From assembly GCA_021787395.1 (NCBI GenBank), contig JAJYLZ010000003.1, positions 47,279 to 111,278 on the forward strand: 64,000 nt of DNA, given 5' to 3'. This document shows, in pieces, positions 9,696 through 18,534 of this stretch (its first letter is position 1; every line of letters begins with the position of its first letter). The notes under the pieces were generated by a model. It searched no databases, had not been told where the DNA came from, and was given only the letters and a program-made list of their open reading frames with translations. Source of the stretch: Chloroflexota bacterium. Lineage in GTDB: Bacteria; Chloroflexota; Limnocylindria; Limnocylindrales; CSP1-4. A program made the translations under genes and the position numbers.

Positions 9696-10886
9696 GTGAG
9701 CGTCGGCACCCCGTTCCATCCCCGGGCCGCGGCCCTGAATCGCAAGATGCAGTGGCGCGAGTGGTCCGGCTACTGGGCGTCGTCCGTCTACGCCGACTTC
9801 CACGACATCGAGTACAACGCGATCCGCGAGGCCGCCGCGGTCATCGACGTCAGCCCACTGTACAAGTACCGGATCACGGGGCCTGACGCGCTCGCGCTGA
9901 CTGACCGCGTCATCACCCGTGACGCGTCCAGGCTCAAGGTGGGGCAGGTCTACTACACGCCCTGGTGCGACGAGCACGGCAAGGTGATCGACGACGGCAC
10001 CGTGCACCGCGTGGCCGAGCAGGAGATCCGCTGGACGGCCGCCGACCCCCAGTACCGCTGGCTTACCCAGAACGCGGCCGGGCTCGACGTCGAGGTCGAG
10101 GACGTCTCCGAGTCGCTCGCCGCGCTGGCGCTCCAGGGCCCGTTCAGCCGCGCCGTGCTCGAGGCGGCGACCGGCGAGGACTGGTCGGACCTGCGCTACT
10201 TCCGGCGTCGCCCCGCGTCGATCGCGGGCGTCGGGATCGACGTCAGCCGGACCGGCTACACCGGCGACCTGGGGTATGAGCTGTGGATCCCGGCCGACCG
10301 GGCCGAGGCCGTCTGGGACCGGCTGTTCGAGGTTGGCAAGGCGTGGGCGATCCGGCCCGCCGGCATGCTGGCCCTCGACGTGACCCGGCTCGAGGCCGGC
10401 CTGATCCTGCTCGAGGTGGACTACACGTCCGCCCGCCACGCGATGAACCCGGAGCAGAACTACAGCCCGTTCGAGATCGGCCTCGGCCGGCTGGTGGCGC
10501 TCGACAAGGCGGACTACGTCGGGCGGCGCGCGCTGCAGGCGGAGCAGGCGGCGGGCGGGCCGTCGCGGCGGCTCGTCGGCCTCCAGCTCGACTGGTACGA
10601 CATCGAGGCGCTGTTCGACGCCCAGGGCCTGCCGCCGGCGGTCTCCCCCACCGTGGACCGCTCGCCGGTCCCCGTCTTCGCCGACGGCCGCCAGGTCGGG
10701 CGGGCCACCTCGCGCGGCTGGAGCCCGATCCTCAAGCAGGCCCTCGCGCTCGCGTCGGTGCCCGCCCGCTTCGACCGCGTGGGCGCGCGGCTCCAAGTGG
10801 AGTGGACCGTGGAGGGCCGACGGGGCCGCGTCGGCGCGGTGGTGGTGGAGCTGCCGTTCCTCGACCTCGAGCGCAAGCGCGCCTGA
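9696..10886 (+). CDS. aminomethyltransferase-family folate-binding protein (GcvT-like)
   Basis: GcvT N-terminal fold signatures (HDIEYNAIREAAAVIDVSPLYKYRITGPDA, GYTGDLGYELWIP). GTG start at 9696, with a GGAGG RBS at 9685-9689. Confidence 0.8.
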   Translation: MSVGTPFHPRAAALNRKMQWREWSGYWASSVYADFHDIEYNAIREAAAVIDVSPLYKYRITGPDALALTDRVITRDASRLKVGQVYYTPWCDEHGKVIDDGTVHRVAEQEIRWTAADPQYRWLTQNAAGLDVEVEDVSESLAALALQGPFSRAVLEAATGEDWSDLRYFRRRPASIAGVGIDVSRTGYTGDLGYELWIPADRAEAVWDRLFEVGKAWAIRPAGMLALDVTRLEAGLILLEVDYTSARHAMNPEQNYSPFEIGLGRLVALDKADYVGRRALQAEQAAGGPSRRLVGLQLDWYDIEALFDAQGLPPAVSPTVDRSPVPVFADGRQVGRATSRGWSPILKQALALASVPARFDRVGARLQVEWTVEGRRGRVGAVVVELPFLDLERKRA

Positions 10887-10902
10887 TCGGCTTCCGCAGG
10901 GC

Positions 10903-10927
10903 GCGGCGGGCGCGGCCTGCCCGCCGC
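10903..10927. terminator. GC-rich hairpin (9-bp stem GCGGCGGGC / GCCCGCCGC, 7-nt loop) between convergent genes
   Basis: The perfect inverted repeat is seen directly in the 69-nt gap between the GcvT-like stop and the DUF2807 stop. No U-tract is present. Confidence 0.35.
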
Positions 10928-10955
10928 GGCGCCTGGCCGCGCGCGGTCGCCCCGG

Positions 10956-11642
10956 CTACGGCCCGACGAGCTGCGCGCCGCCCGTCACCGACACCGACTT
11001 GGCCTCGGGCGCGACCGCCAGCGTCACGATCGAGCCGCCGTCGACCGTGCCGGTCAACTGCTTGGAGACCCGCAGCGTCGCCTTCGCGCCGCCCGCCGCC
11101 GCGATCTTCCCCGTGTCCGCGGAGAGGTCGCCGAGCTCCGCCACGGAGCTGCCGAGGACGGTGACCGTCAGCTGGGTCACGGTGCCGATGCCCCTGAGGG
11201 TGGAGCCGCCCGACACGGACACCGCGAACGACGTCCCCATCGCCTCGACCGTCCCCGTCGCGCCGCCCTTGAGCGACACCGACCCCACCTTCGGCGACGT
11301 GATCCGGACCGTGACGGGCTTGTCGGACGTGAACCCGGGCGGCGCCACCGAGACGTCCAGCTCCGTCCCGCTGACCGTGGTCTGGACCAGCGGCAGCAGG
11401 TTCGAGGCCGCCTCGACGTCGACCGAGGGCACGGTCCCCGCGCCCAGGACCAGGTTGAGCGGGCCGTCCACGACCACCGCGGTGAAGTCGCCGAGGGTCC
11501 GGAAGTCCGTACGGTTGTCCGAGGCGGCGGGGACGGGCGTCGACGATGCGGGCGCCCCCGCACACGCGCCGAGGGCGAGCGCTGCGGCTGCACTCAGCGG
11601 GGCGAGGCGGACGAGGGTGCGGCCGGGTGAGCGCAGGGGCAT
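10956..11642 (-). CDS. lipoprotein with a DUF2807/GIN-like (putative adhesin head) domain
   Basis: Lipobox LALGAC. Repetitive G/T/V/S-rich beta-strand repeats typical of DUF2807. The internal ATG at 11642 has GGAG 8 nt upstream. Confidence 0.7.
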   Translation of the reverse strand: MPLRSPGRTLVRLAPLSAAAALALGACAGAPASSTPVPAASDNRTDFRTLGDFTAVVVDGPLNLVLGAGTVPSVDVEAASNLLPLVQTTVSGTELDVSVAPPGFTSDKPVTVRITSPKVGSVSLKGGATGTVEAMGTSFAVSVSGGSTLRGIGTVTQLTVTVLGSSVAELGDLSADTGKIAAAGGAKATLRVSKQLTGTVDGGSIVTLAVAPEAKSVSVTGGAQLVGP

Positions 11643-11798
11643 GAGGTGGGCTCCGATCCGCGGACGCACTGGGAGGATGCCGCGGAGCCGATCCGCGGGC
11701 CGAGGGCCGGAGGTGGCGCGGCCGCGGGCCGCAGGTCGCCGGATCGGGGGGCGACTCGGCCCCGCCGACGCGGGACGTGGCGGGCGGCGGGTCGGAGG

Positions 11799-12503
11799 CT
11801 AGCTGGCGCTGACCTTGGCGAGCGCCGCCCCGAGGGAGACCGTGGTGGCCTGGTCGAGGCCGCTGGTGACCATCAGCCAGCTGGGCTGCTCGCCGCGGGC
11901 GACGACGATCGCATAGCCGCCGGAGTCGATCGCCACCAGGGTCCCCGGCAGCGTGCCGAACGACGCGGCCCCGGCGTCGGTCCCCGAGGGCACGCAGCCG
12001 CTGCCGTCGGTGCAGAACGAGCCCTCCGAGAGCGACACGGTGGCGCCGTCCGGGCCCCTGTAGGTGATCGTCAGCTTGCCGCCGTTGGCCAGCCGGTACT
12101 GGCCGGCCGACACGACCCAGCCCTTGGGGAGCACCGCGCAGTACACCTCCCAGCTGACCGAGGCGGCGAGGTGCGCGTAGAACGTCTGGTTGTCGACGCT
12201 TCCGGAGCAGACGTCGGCCGTCCCGACCCCGGCCGAGGAGAACGGCGTGGGCGGCCCGGACGGGACGTCAGATGCGGCAGGCGCAGGGGACGCTCCCTCG
12301 GGGCTCGACCCGGGCTCCGACGACCCGGACGAGGCGGTCGGCGCGCCGCTCGAGCCGGCCCCGCCCGGCGTGCCGGGCGCCGCGCTGGCCGCGCCCGTCG
12401 GTGCTGCCGTCCCGGACGATCCGTTGCCGCCCGAGGGCGTGCTCCCGCCGCAGGCGGCGACCAGCAGGGCCACGAGGAGGGCGAGGGCAGGCGCGCGTCG
12501 CAT
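11799..12503 (-). CDS. lipoprotein, hypothetical. It has a low-complexity Ser/Gly/Pro linker followed by a globular C-terminal domain.
   Basis: ATG at 12503 gives MRRAPALALLVALLVAACGG, a lipobox. The upstream part of the 429-aa ORF is R/P-rich filler. It is divergent from the secreted-protein operon. Confidence 0.6.
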   Translation of the reverse strand: MRRAPALALLVALLVAACGGSTPSGGNGSSGTAAPTGAASAAPGTPGGAGSSGAPTASSGSSEPGSSPEGASPAPAASDVPSGPPTPFSSAGVGTADVCSGSVDNQTFYAHLAASVSWEVYCAVLPKGWVVSAGQYRLANGGKLTITYRGPDGATVSLSEGSFCTDGSGCVPSGTDAGAASFGTLPGTLVAIDSGGYAIVVARGEQPSWLMVTSGLDQATTVSLGAALAKVSAS

Positions 12504-12672
12504 GGCACAAGCGTACCCGCCGCGCGCCGCGCGTGCTGCCCGAGCCGCTGTCGCCGGCGACCGGCTGCCATCCCTCCGGGCCGCTCGCGTAAGGGCCCGG
12601 TAAGACCCCGGTGCGAGGATCTCGCGCACCGCCTCCTCCCGCCGCATCGCACCCCGCCGGAGGAGAGGCTCG

Positions 12673-13791
12673 ATGGAGCTTGCTAGACCGATCCGATGGC
12701 TGGTGCTGGCCGCACCCGTGGCCCTGGCCGCCGCTGGCGCCCTTGGCCAGCCGACGCCCACCGGGGTCGTACTGGCGGCGCAGCCGTCTCGGGCGCCGAC
12801 GCCGCAACCGCCGGTCGAGCGGTCGTGCCGGGCGGATGCAGCTTCGCCCGGCACCCCGGCCGGTGCCGCCTGGTATCGCCTGGACCCAATCCTGGACGCA
12901 TCCGGGACGCTCGTCGGCCGTCGGCTGACCGTCGGCCGGGGCGCATCCCGCTGGTCGGTGGCGCTGCCGCCCGAGTCCTTCGCCTCGGGGCCGTCGGAAG
13001 GGCTCGTCCTGGTCGGCGACGACGACGGAGGGCGCTCGCGCCTCCGCACACTCGACACGGCACGGGGCTGCTGGACCGCGGTCGGCACGTCGTCCGACGT
13101 CGTCCGGAGCGCGGTGCTGGCGCCGGGCGGAGCCCGCGTCTACGAGCACCGCGTCGATCGGGCGTCGCGCCGCGACCTCGGGGTCTGGGTGCGGGAGCTC
13201 GGCGCGGACGGGGCAGCGGTCGAACTCCTGGCGGGCCTACCGGCCGACCCCGCCTTCGGCCCGACGTTCACGACGAGCCTGCTCGCCGCCGATGACGGGC
13301 GCGTCGTGGTGAGCTCGTGCGGCGAGCGCGCCTGCCGGACCCGGGTCGTCGATCCGCGCACCGGCCGATCGTCAGCCGCCTCCGGCACCGGCCCGGCCGT
13401 CGGGATCGCCGGCCAGCGGCTGGTCGTGCTCGAGGCCTGCGGCGGCCTTCCGTGCGCGGTCGACTCGGTCGACCTGGCCACGGGCGCCGCCACGCCGCTC
13501 GATGCGGCGGAAGGCTTCGGCGCCATCGTGCCCGGCTCCTCGGGCGCGGTCGTGGTGGCGGCGCGCGGCGGGCTCGGGGTGCTGCGACTGGGCGACGGGG
13601 CGTCGGAGGCCGACGTTCCCGGCTCGTCGGGCCTCGCTCCCGTGATCCCCGCCTCGACCGCCGAGTCCGGGGCTGAGGCGCCAACCGGGCTGATCGCCGT
13701 GGCGCCCGGCGGGCGGGTGGCCGACCCGGCGGCCGTCCGCCTCCTGGACCCCTCCTCGCTCCAGCTGTCCGCATTCGAGGTGATCCCGTGA
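12673..13791 (+). CDS. secreted hypothetical protein
   Basis: GGAGGAGAGG RBS directly before the ATG at 12673. Signal peptide LVLAAPVALAAAGALG. Cys pairs are present. Its stop overlaps the next gene's start (GTGA). Confidence 0.65.
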   Translation: MELARPIRWLVLAAPVALAAAGALGQPTPTGVVLAAQPSRAPTPQPPVERSCRADAASPGTPAGAAWYRLDPILDASGTLVGRRLTVGRGASRWSVALPPESFASGPSEGLVLVGDDDGGRSRLRTLDTARGCWTAVGTSSDVVRSAVLAPGGARVYEHRVDRASRRDLGVWVRELGADGAAVELLAGLPADPAFGPTFTTSLLAADDGRVVVSSCGERACRTRVVDPRTGRSSAASGTGPAVGIAGQRLVVLEACGGLPCAVDSVDLATGAATPLDAAEGFGAIVPGSSGAVVVAARGGLGVLRLGDGASEADVPGSSGLAPVIPASTAESGAEAPTGLIAVAPGGRVADPAAVRLLDPSSLQLSAFEVIP

Positions 13792-14831
13792 ACGCACACC
13801 CCCCGCTCCGTCGCCTCGCCGCCGGTGCCGTCGCCCTGTGGCTGCTCGCAGCGTCCGCGGGCGCCGCGCTCGCAGCCACCCCGGATCCGACGATCCCGCC
13901 CGCCTGGCCCATCGACACGTCGCTCGCGTACAGCTGGGCGACCGGCGCGGTGCCGCCCTCGATCATCAGGACGGCGGTGGACGCCGCCGCGGCCGACGCG
14001 AACGGCAGCCGCGGATCGCGCGCCCCGTCCTTCGCCTACAGCAGCGCGGGGTCGAACGCTGTCTCGTACGGGACGAGCAACCCCTGCGGCGTCAACGGGC
14101 TCGCCTGCTTCTCGCGCGACCCGGCCCGGGGCTACTGGCACCTGTGGTTCCGCGAGAACGGCCACCGCTATGACTGGGGCACCCTGAGCTGGTGCGAGAT
14201 GACCGGCAGCCCCTACGGCTGCTTCCGGGCGGAGACCATCACCATCGACGAGTTCGGGCACGTGGCCGGGCTGGACCACCACGTGAACCTGGCCAGCGAC
14301 AGCGACTACGCGGACGCCGTCGTGCAGGCGTCCAGCCACGCGCGGGCGCAGGTGGGCTGGAACGCCAGCGCCTTCGGGCGCTGCGACGTGGCCACCCTCC
14401 AGCAGCTGTACGACGTGGCCTCCTGGACCACGCTGTACTCCACGTGTCTCGACGTCCCGACCAGCGTGACGCTGGGCGTCCTGTCGACGACCGCCAAGCT
14501 GGGCACGCTGGTGACGTTCACCGCAACCCTCCAGAGCGCCGGGACGGCGCGGCTCGCCGGCAACCCGATGGCGGGGCGCGCCGTCGTGCTCCAGCGGCTG
14601 ACGGGCACCACCTGGACGGACCTCGCCACGATGTCCCCGGGAACCACGGCCGGCACGTACCGGGCGGTGTACGCGCCCAGCGCAACGCAGGCCTACCGGG
14701 CCGTGTTCCGGAAGCCGGCCAACGAGGGCGTCCGAGCATCGACGTCGTCGTCGCTGACCATCGTCGTCGTCTGCACCACCAGTCCGTGCTCGCTGCAGGC
14801 GGGCACGGCCGGCACTGGCGGCTCGCGGTGA
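13788..14831 (+). CDS. secreted metzincin-like putative zinc metalloprotease with a variant motif
   Basis: Signal peptide LAAGAVALWLLAASAGAALA. The motif ITIDEFGHVAGLDHH resembles snapalysin/metzincin HExxHxxGxxH but has Asp at the first His position. The GTG start overlaps the upstream TGA. Confidence 0.65.
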   Translation: MNAHPPLRRLAAGAVALWLLAASAGAALAATPDPTIPPAWPIDTSLAYSWATGAVPPSIIRTAVDAAAADANGSRGSRAPSFAYSSAGSNAVSYGTSNPCGVNGLACFSRDPARGYWHLWFRENGHRYDWGTLSWCEMTGSPYGCFRAETITIDEFGHVAGLDHHVNLASDSDYADAVVQASSHARAQVGWNASAFGRCDVATLQQLYDVASWTTLYSTCLDVPTSVTLGVLSTTAKLGTLVTFTATLQSAGTARLAGNPMAGRAVVLQRLTGTTWTDLATMSPGTTAGTYRAVYAPSATQAYRAVFRKPANEGVRASTSSSLTIVVVCTTSPCSLQAGTAGTGGSR

Positions 14832-15439
14832 CCGGCCGCCGCCGAGCCGCCCTCCTCGGTGCCGCCGCGGGCCTGGCGGTCGTGGTCGCGGCGTGCACGG
14901 GGGGTGCGCCGCCCCCGTCCGCCACGGCCATCCCGCTCGGCGCGCCCGTCGCGGGGAGGGAGGTCGCGTCCGAAGCCTCCGATCCGGCCGGCGCGTCGAT
15001 GACCTCCGGGACGCCGTCCGCGCCCCCGGAGACGGCCGCACCGGCGTCGTCCGTCGCGCCGACCCTGCCGGACGAGCCCCCGTCCGGGCAGCTGCACGGC
15101 CTGGCCGGCGGGCGGGAGGCCCACGGGGAGCTCGGCTCCTACACCTGGGCCGACAGCGGCACGGACGCGCCCTGGGTGGTGGGCCCCGCGACGGGCACGG
15201 CGACCGAGGGCTCGTCCCTGACCGTGGCGTTCGAGAACCTCCAGCCGGTCTCGTGGACCGCGGCCTGGGCGGCGGTCTCCGGCGGCATGGCGGCCGCCCC
15301 GTCCGACGGCTCGGCCGGCCAAGGCGCCGTCGCCCTCCGGGCGCCGTCGACCGCCGGGGACTGGTCCCTGCGGGTCAGCGCCACGTTCGGCCCGGGGGCC
15401 AACGCCACCTACTACTGGCATCTGGCGGTGGCGCCATGA
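14828..15439 (+). CDS. lipoprotein, hypothetical
   Basis: GTG at 14828 overlaps the upstream TGA. The N-terminus is RRRAALLGAAAGLAVVVAACTGG, a lipobox. The upstream part of ORF 14192.. lies in another gene's frame and is rejected. Confidence 0.55.
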   Translation: MTGRRRAALLGAAAGLAVVVAACTGGAPPPSATAIPLGAPVAGREVASEASDPAGASMTSGTPSAPPETAAPASSVAPTLPDEPPSGQLHGLAGGREAHGELGSYTWADSGTDAPWVVGPATGTATEGSSLTVAFENLQPVSWTAAWAAVSGGMAAAPSDGSAGQGAVALRAPSTAGDWSLRVSATFGPGANATYYWHLAVAP

Positions 15440-15535
15440 GCCCCGGACATGCCGCGCCGCCGGCGCGTCGAGCGCGGCCGGCGGCGGTCAGGCAGCGAAC
15501 CGGGAATGCGGGCCGGGACACCGGCCCGCCCGTGG

Positions 15536-15814
15536 TCAGGCGATGGCAGCAGCTCCGGTCGCGTTGAAGATCGACGTCTGCGCGTCCTCGGGCAGCATCA
15601 CGCCCATGATCTTCTGAAGCGCGAGGAGGTGAACGCAGGAGCCCCAACTCTCGAAGTAGTGGCACGTGCAGTGCCACACGCCGGCATCGAGACTGACGTG
15701 ATGGGTGTCGTTGTCCCCACGGAACGTCAGGGCGATCCGCTCGATCGAGATCCGGTCCAGCTCCCGAGCGTAGCGATTCGCCTTCTCGACCTTGCCGATG
15801 AGAGAGGAGTGCAT
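15536..15814 (-). CDS. small SWIM-type zinc-finger protein (about 92 aa)
   Basis: Motif WHCTCHYFESWGSCVHLLA, a CxCxnCxH SWIM signature. It sits in a locally lower-GC islet between convergent operons. ATG at 15814 with GGAGG about 10 nt upstream. Confidence 0.5.
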   Translation of the reverse strand: MHSSLIGKVEKANRYARELDRISIERIALTFRGDNDTHHVSLDAGVWHCTCHYFESWGSCVHLLALQKIMGVMLPEDAQTSIFNATGAAAIA

Positions 15815-16075
15815 CGTCGCAGTACCTCCAGTCGCCCTGTGCGGGGCGCCCACGAGGGCCGCCGTCCGGTCGGGTCCGCTCGGCCGGTGATAGCGGTCGC
15901 AGGACCAAGCCTACACCCCCGGCGCCCCCGTGGCACCCCCCGAAGCGGGCCGCCGAGGGCCGGACGATCGGCACCTCCGACGACGGCCAGGCGGCGTCAC
16001 GAGGACAGCGCGCCCGGCCCGCGCGAGCGGGCGCCAGCGTCCGCCGGGCGGGTCAGGCCCCGTGCGCGGAGCGGG

Positions 16076-17155
16076 TCAGCCGCCGGCCTCCGCCGCGGCG
16101 CATCGCTCGAGCAGCGACTCGACGACCGGCCGCGCCGACGCCGCCCCTCGGAGCAGGGCAACGGGCGCCTCGGGGCGGAACGCTCCCGGCGGCGCGTCGG
16201 AGACGACGGGCCGGCCGCCCACCCTCCGGACCACGAGATCGCCCGCCGCCGCGACCGCCTCGTCGCCCGCCTCGACCACGCCGCCGTCGATCCCCGGGGC
16301 GCCCAGGACCTCGAGCAGGGCGGGCCACGTGCCCACGTCGGTCCAGCCGACGTCCATCGCCGCCATCGCCACGATCCCCGCCGCGGCGGCCGGCTCCATC
16401 ACGGCGTAGTCGATGGACCGGCTCGGCAGCGAGGCGTAGGCCACGGCCAGATCGCCCGCGAGGCCGCGCCGGACCCCCTCGGCGACCTCCGGGGCGTGGC
16501 GGTCGAGCGCCTCGACGATCGCCCGCCGCCGCCACAGGAACATCCCCGCGTTCCACGCCACGCCGGGCATGGCGACGAGCTGCAGCGCCCGCTCCGGGCG
16601 GGGCTTCTCCTCGAACGCCCGCAGCGGGTAGGCGCGCAGTCCGCCCGCCGACACCCCGCGGGCGACGTCGGGGAGGAGGTAGCCGTACTCGGTGGCCGGG
16701 CGGGTCGGCTCGACGCCCAGCGTCACGAGCGGGGACTCGACGCCGAACGCCCCCGTCGCCAGCTCGGCGGCCGCCGCCGCCAGCACGGACCGGAACAGGC
16801 CCTCGCGGCCCGGGTCGATGCGGTGGTCCGCCGGCAGGACGGCCATCACGGCCTCGGGGTCGCGGCCAGCCTCCAGCGCGGCCAGCGCGATCGCGGCCGC
16901 CGTGTTGCGGCCCTCGGGCTCGATGACCAGGCGCGCGTCGGGCGCCTGGGCGGCCACCAGGGGCGCCCACGCCGCGGACACGACCACCGAGACGTCCAGC
17001 CCCGCGGCGCCCTCCGGGCCGCGGAGTCGGGCGACCGTCCGCTGCAGCAGCGTCTCGCCGCCCGGCAGCAGCGGCAGGAACGGCTTGGGGCGGGCGCCCG
17101 TGCTCAGGGGCCGCAGCCGCGTGCCGCCGCCGCCGGCCATGATGACGACGTCCAT
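16076..17155 (-). CDS. mannose-1-phosphate guanylyltransferase-like sugar nucleotidyltransferase
   Basis: N-terminal nucleotidyltransferase motif VIMAGGGGTRLRPLS...KPFLPL and ManC-like length. Confidence 0.8.
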   Translation of the reverse strand: MDVVIMAGGGGTRLRPLSTGARPKPFLPLLPGGETLLQRTVARLRGPEGAAGLDVSVVVSAAWAPLVAAQAPDARLVIEPEGRNTAAAIALAALEAGRDPEAVMAVLPADHRIDPGREGLFRSVLAAAAAELATGAFGVESPLVTLGVEPTRPATEYGYLLPDVARGVSAGGLRAYPLRAFEEKPRPERALQLVAMPGVAWNAGMFLWRRRAIVEALDRHAPEVAEGVRRGLAGDLAVAYASLPSRSIDYAVMEPAAAAGIVAMAAMDVGWTDVGTWPALLEVLGAPGIDGGVVEAGDEAVAAAGDLVVRRVGGRPVVSDAPPGAFRPEAPVALLRGAASARPVVESLLERCAAAEAGG

Positions 17156-17252
17156 CAGGGCATTCTACGGAGCGCGACCCGGCTGCCGGCGACGACCTCG
17201 GTCGTGCGCGGCCCGGCCGGGATCGACAGGACCGCGATCGCCGGCGGCCCGG

Positions 17253-18443
17253 TCAGTCCGCCGGCGGCTCGGGCAGTCCGGCGTCCGCGGCCAGCGCCGC
17301 CGCCCGGTCGGTGCGCTCCCACGGCAGGTCCACGTCGGTGCGCCCGAAGTGCCCGTACGCCGCGGTCTGCCGGTAGATCGGCCGAAGCAGGTCGAGGTCC
17401 CGGATGATGGCCCCGGGCCGCAGGTCGAAGTGGCGGTCGATCAGCGCCAGGATCCGGTCGTCGTCGATCTTCCCCGTGCCGAACGTCTCGACCGAGACCG
17501 AGACCGGCTTCGCGATGCCGATCCCGTAGGCGACCTCGAGCTCGAACCGGTCCGCGAGCCCCGCCGCGACCACGTTCTTGGCCACCCAGCGCGCGGCGTA
17601 GGCGGCCGAGCGGTCCACCTTGGACGGGTCCTTGCCCGAGAACGCGCCGCCGCCGTGGCGGGCCATGCCGCCGTACGTGTCCACGATGATCTTGCGTCCG
17701 GTCAGCCCGGCGTCGCCCATCGGGCCGCCGATGACGAACCGGCCGGTCGGGTTGACGTGCATCACCGGGTCGCGCGGCCGCAGCTCGGCCGGGATCGCGG
17801 GCAGGATGACCTGCTCGATGACGTCCGCGGCGATCCGGTCGTGGGTCGCGTCGGGGTCGTGCTGGGTGGACACGACGACAGTCCGCACCGCGACGGGCTT
17901 CCCGTGCGCGTACTCCACCGTGACCTGGGTCTTGCCGTCCGGTCGCAGATACGGGATCGAGCGCTCCTTGCGCACCTCGGCGAGGCGGCGGGCCATGCGG
18001 TGCGCCAGCGCGATCGGCAGCGGCATCCGCTCCGGCGTCTCGTTGCACGCGAAGCCGAACATCATCCCCTGGTCGCCGGCGCCCTGCTCGTGCCCCGCCG
18101 ACGCGTCCACGCCCTGCGCGATGTCCGGCGACTGCGCCTTGACGCTGACGAGCGTGCCGCACGTCTGGTAGTCGAACCCGTAGTCGGCGCGGGTGTAGCC
18201 GATGTCGCGCACCGTGTCCCGGACGACGTCCTGGAACTCGACGTAGCCGTCGCAGGTGATCTCGCCGAACACCAGTACGAGGCCGGTCGTCGTCGCGGTC
18301 TCGCAGGCGACGCGGGCCCGGGGGTCCAGGCGGAGGATGCTGTCGAGGATGGCGTCCGAGATCTGGTCGCACATCTTGTCCGGGTGGCCCTCGGTCACCG
18401 ACTCGGACGTGAACAGGTATTGCGAGGCGTCGACGATGCTCAT
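17253..18443 (-). CDS. metK: S-adenosylmethionine synthetase
   Basis: Canonical MetK motifs ([69 protein letters not shown]). The ATG at 18443 gives MSIVDASQ. The upstream 106 aa of the ORF is filler. Confidence 0.95.
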   Translation of the reverse strand: MSIVDASQYLFTSESVTEGHPDKMCDQISDAILDSILRLDPRARVACETATTTGLVLVFGEITCDGYVEFQDVVRDTVRDIGYTRADYGFDYQTCGTLVSVKAQSPDIAQGVDASAGHEQGAGDQGMMFGFACNETPERMPLPIALAHRMARRLAEVRKERSIPYLRPDGKTQVTVEYAHGKPVAVRTVVVSTQHDPDATHDRIAADVIEQVILPAIPAELRPRDPVMHVNPTGRFVIGGPMGDAGLTGRKIIVDTYGGMARHGGGAFSGKDPSKVDRSAAYAARWVAKNVVAAGLADRFELEVAYGIGIAKPVSVSVETFGTGKIDDDRILALIDRHFDLRPGAIIRDLDLLRPIYRQTAAYGHFGRTDVDLPWERTDRAAALAADAGLPEPPAD

Positions 18444-18534
18444 GGGGCTCCCAGGGAGGGGCGATGCGGGGCTGCCGAGCCGAGCGTAGCACCGCCCGTC
18501 CGCGGCGGGATCCGCCCCGGTCCGGGAGGGCCCG

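Noticed and set aside
8666-9699. 273-aa minus-strand and 342-aa plus-strand ORFs overlapping the deacetylase gene
   Set aside because: They are alternative frames or antisense of a gene with clear NodB motifs. The composition is R/G-rich.
15449-17407. 652-aa plus-strand ORF
   Set aside because: It is antisense to the ManC-like gene and the intergenic region. The composition is R/G/P filler with no motifs.
18444-18534. SAM riboswitch upstream of metK
   Set aside because: I could not recognise SAM-I or SAM-IV conserved elements by eye in the 91-nt leader. A covariance-model scan is needed before any claim.
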